This document shows positions 62,540-64,000 of a stretch of 64,000 bases of DNA, piece after piece. This DNA comes from Camelus ferus (Eukaryota). The stretch spans positions 52,330,001 through 52,394,000 of the forward strand of contig NC_045696.1 of NCBI RefSeq assembly GCF_009834535.1. Reading direction: 5' to 3'. The notes beneath the pieces are model-generated. The model worked only from the letters and a program-made list of their open reading frames with translations. It was not told the origin of the DNA and ran no database searches. Position numbers and translations under genes: made by a program. How positions within the stretch are numbered: position 1 is the stretch's first letter; the number at the start of each line of letters is the position of its first letter.

Positions 62540-64000
62540 TGGTATATTTTTCTAGGGTGAAGCATTTTTTTTATTGTTTTCTTTCCTTTTGAATCTCAAC
62601 CCATCATTAGTATTTAGAAGAGACTTTCTAAAAGAAAATAAAATTCTCCTCCAAAAACATACTGTGAAGATTGATAATAATAATTCTTTTTTTTAATGTC
62701 ATCAGGTGGCTTTTAACTTTTTTCCATTTGGTTAGAAGTGTTTTAGAGATTGAAAAGCATAAGTTTGAGTAATATCCTGAAGTAGTGACACTAATTCGCT
62801 ATGTGAATCGGTGACAGTAACTCAACTATTTCTAGTACCTTCTACTCAATAGTACCTAAATACTAAAAGTAACCCTTTTTATTCCCTATCAATATTTATA
62901 CCCTTTTAGCATTCCTGAGTCCTCAAACTTACATTGATATAGTAATAAATTGCCTTTACAACATTAAAACTACTTTGTAACATACTTTTTTGGGGCAGAG
63001 AATAAAATGGGCTATTAGAAGTATCTTTAAAAAGATTATGTGATGGGGTGGCTTTCACACTGCCCAGTCCCATCAAACTACAGGTGATGAGGACTTCCCC
63101 ATGCATATTACTACCAGTTAGCTTTTGGGTATCAGGATATACACCATCTCTTTCAGGGGCTTACAAGTATCCTGGAGATGTCCATACCAGAGTTCAAATG
63201 AAATTCAGTCCAGTCTCAGGTTATGGTTAGATGTGAGCACAGTTCAGGATGTCATGCAGGATCTCACTTGACAGCACTGAGAATACCCAGCTTGGACCTC
63301 AGCACTTGTGTTGCGCTCAGTTGAATGGCCAAAGATCTGCAGATTGGGTTTGGCCTCCCAAGTGGATCCCCTTTGAGGGTTATCCCAGGTCTTTCCCCTT
63401 AGCTTTAGGTTCTACCCATCTCATTCATGGTCATGCTTCACCCCATTCTTTCTCCCTCCTGCCACTCTGTATACCCTTCATTCAGAGATCCTTGGTCAGG
63501 AGTCTTCTGGGTCTTTCTATTGTCTGTCCTGTCTGTTGTTATATATAAATCTATATCTCGCTTGTTTTTCAAGAGCTTTTCTGCAAGATCTTTTCTGCTC
63601 TTAACAAATCTTACCTTTTGCAGTTTGATTCATATGAATCAAAGCTGTTGCCGGGACTATTGTTTTTGAAGAAGGCTTTAAGAGACCATTTGGAAATCAA
63701 AAACATAGAAGGGAATAGTGACTAGTGAACTTTTTGTACTCCTACTGTAAATATCCTAGTTCCCCTTGAGGCTGATCAGGAGAAACTCATGTTTAAGGGA
63801 AAGAAAATCACAAAGATTTCAGGTTTCTATTTACTATATTCACTATATTTTAGAGGTAAAAATTCTTAGTACCTCTAAAGCAGAAAGGTACTAAGCAGTA
63901 GGCAGTATTAATGAAAATAAACGCTGGTGAGATTATTAAATTAAAAAGCTAAAAAGAAAAAATTTTCAAACCTCCAGACAGTAGGGTTAAACAGAAGACT

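Noticed and set aside
1..64000. Host gene identity and transcription direction
   Set aside because: No recognisable exon, and L1 orientations are mixed, so neither can be called from sequence alone.
1..64000. CRISPR array, prokaryotic operon or defence system
   Set aside because: The sequence is mammalian; no regularly spaced repeats or gene-dense ORFs.

Overview
This is AT-rich, CpG-poor DNA from a placental mammal. I find no recognisable protein-coding gene, RNA gene or CpG island, and it reads like a long intron or a gene desert. Roughly half is decayed interspersed repeat: MIR, L2, several generations of L1, MaLR (MLT1), ERVL and ERV1 solo LTRs, and hAT MITEs (MER5, MER20, MER58, MER63, MER112). 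Family names come from recalled consensus motifs, not from a database search. No Alu, B1/B2, Bov-tA/CHR, PRE-1, SINEC or ERE SINE is seen, and one L1 3' end looks artiodactyl-type, so a camelid source is plausible (inference). Almost all ORFs in the supplied track are chance or repeat-derived. The most notable sequence-supported items are: (1) a 235-bp unidentified retrocopy with a perfect 14-bp target-site duplication (TSD); (2) a repeat-poor regulatory cluster at about 34.4-36.9 kb with a perfect RFX X-box, a CTCF site with upstream motif, CCAAT/GC boxes, tandem DR1/NBRE elements and a 48-codon small ORF; (3) protein-level fossils resembling Gypsy gag/protease and a LINE endonuclease; (4) an internally deleted L1. 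I cannot support a claim of a new biological system here; the candidates below need conservation and expression checks.
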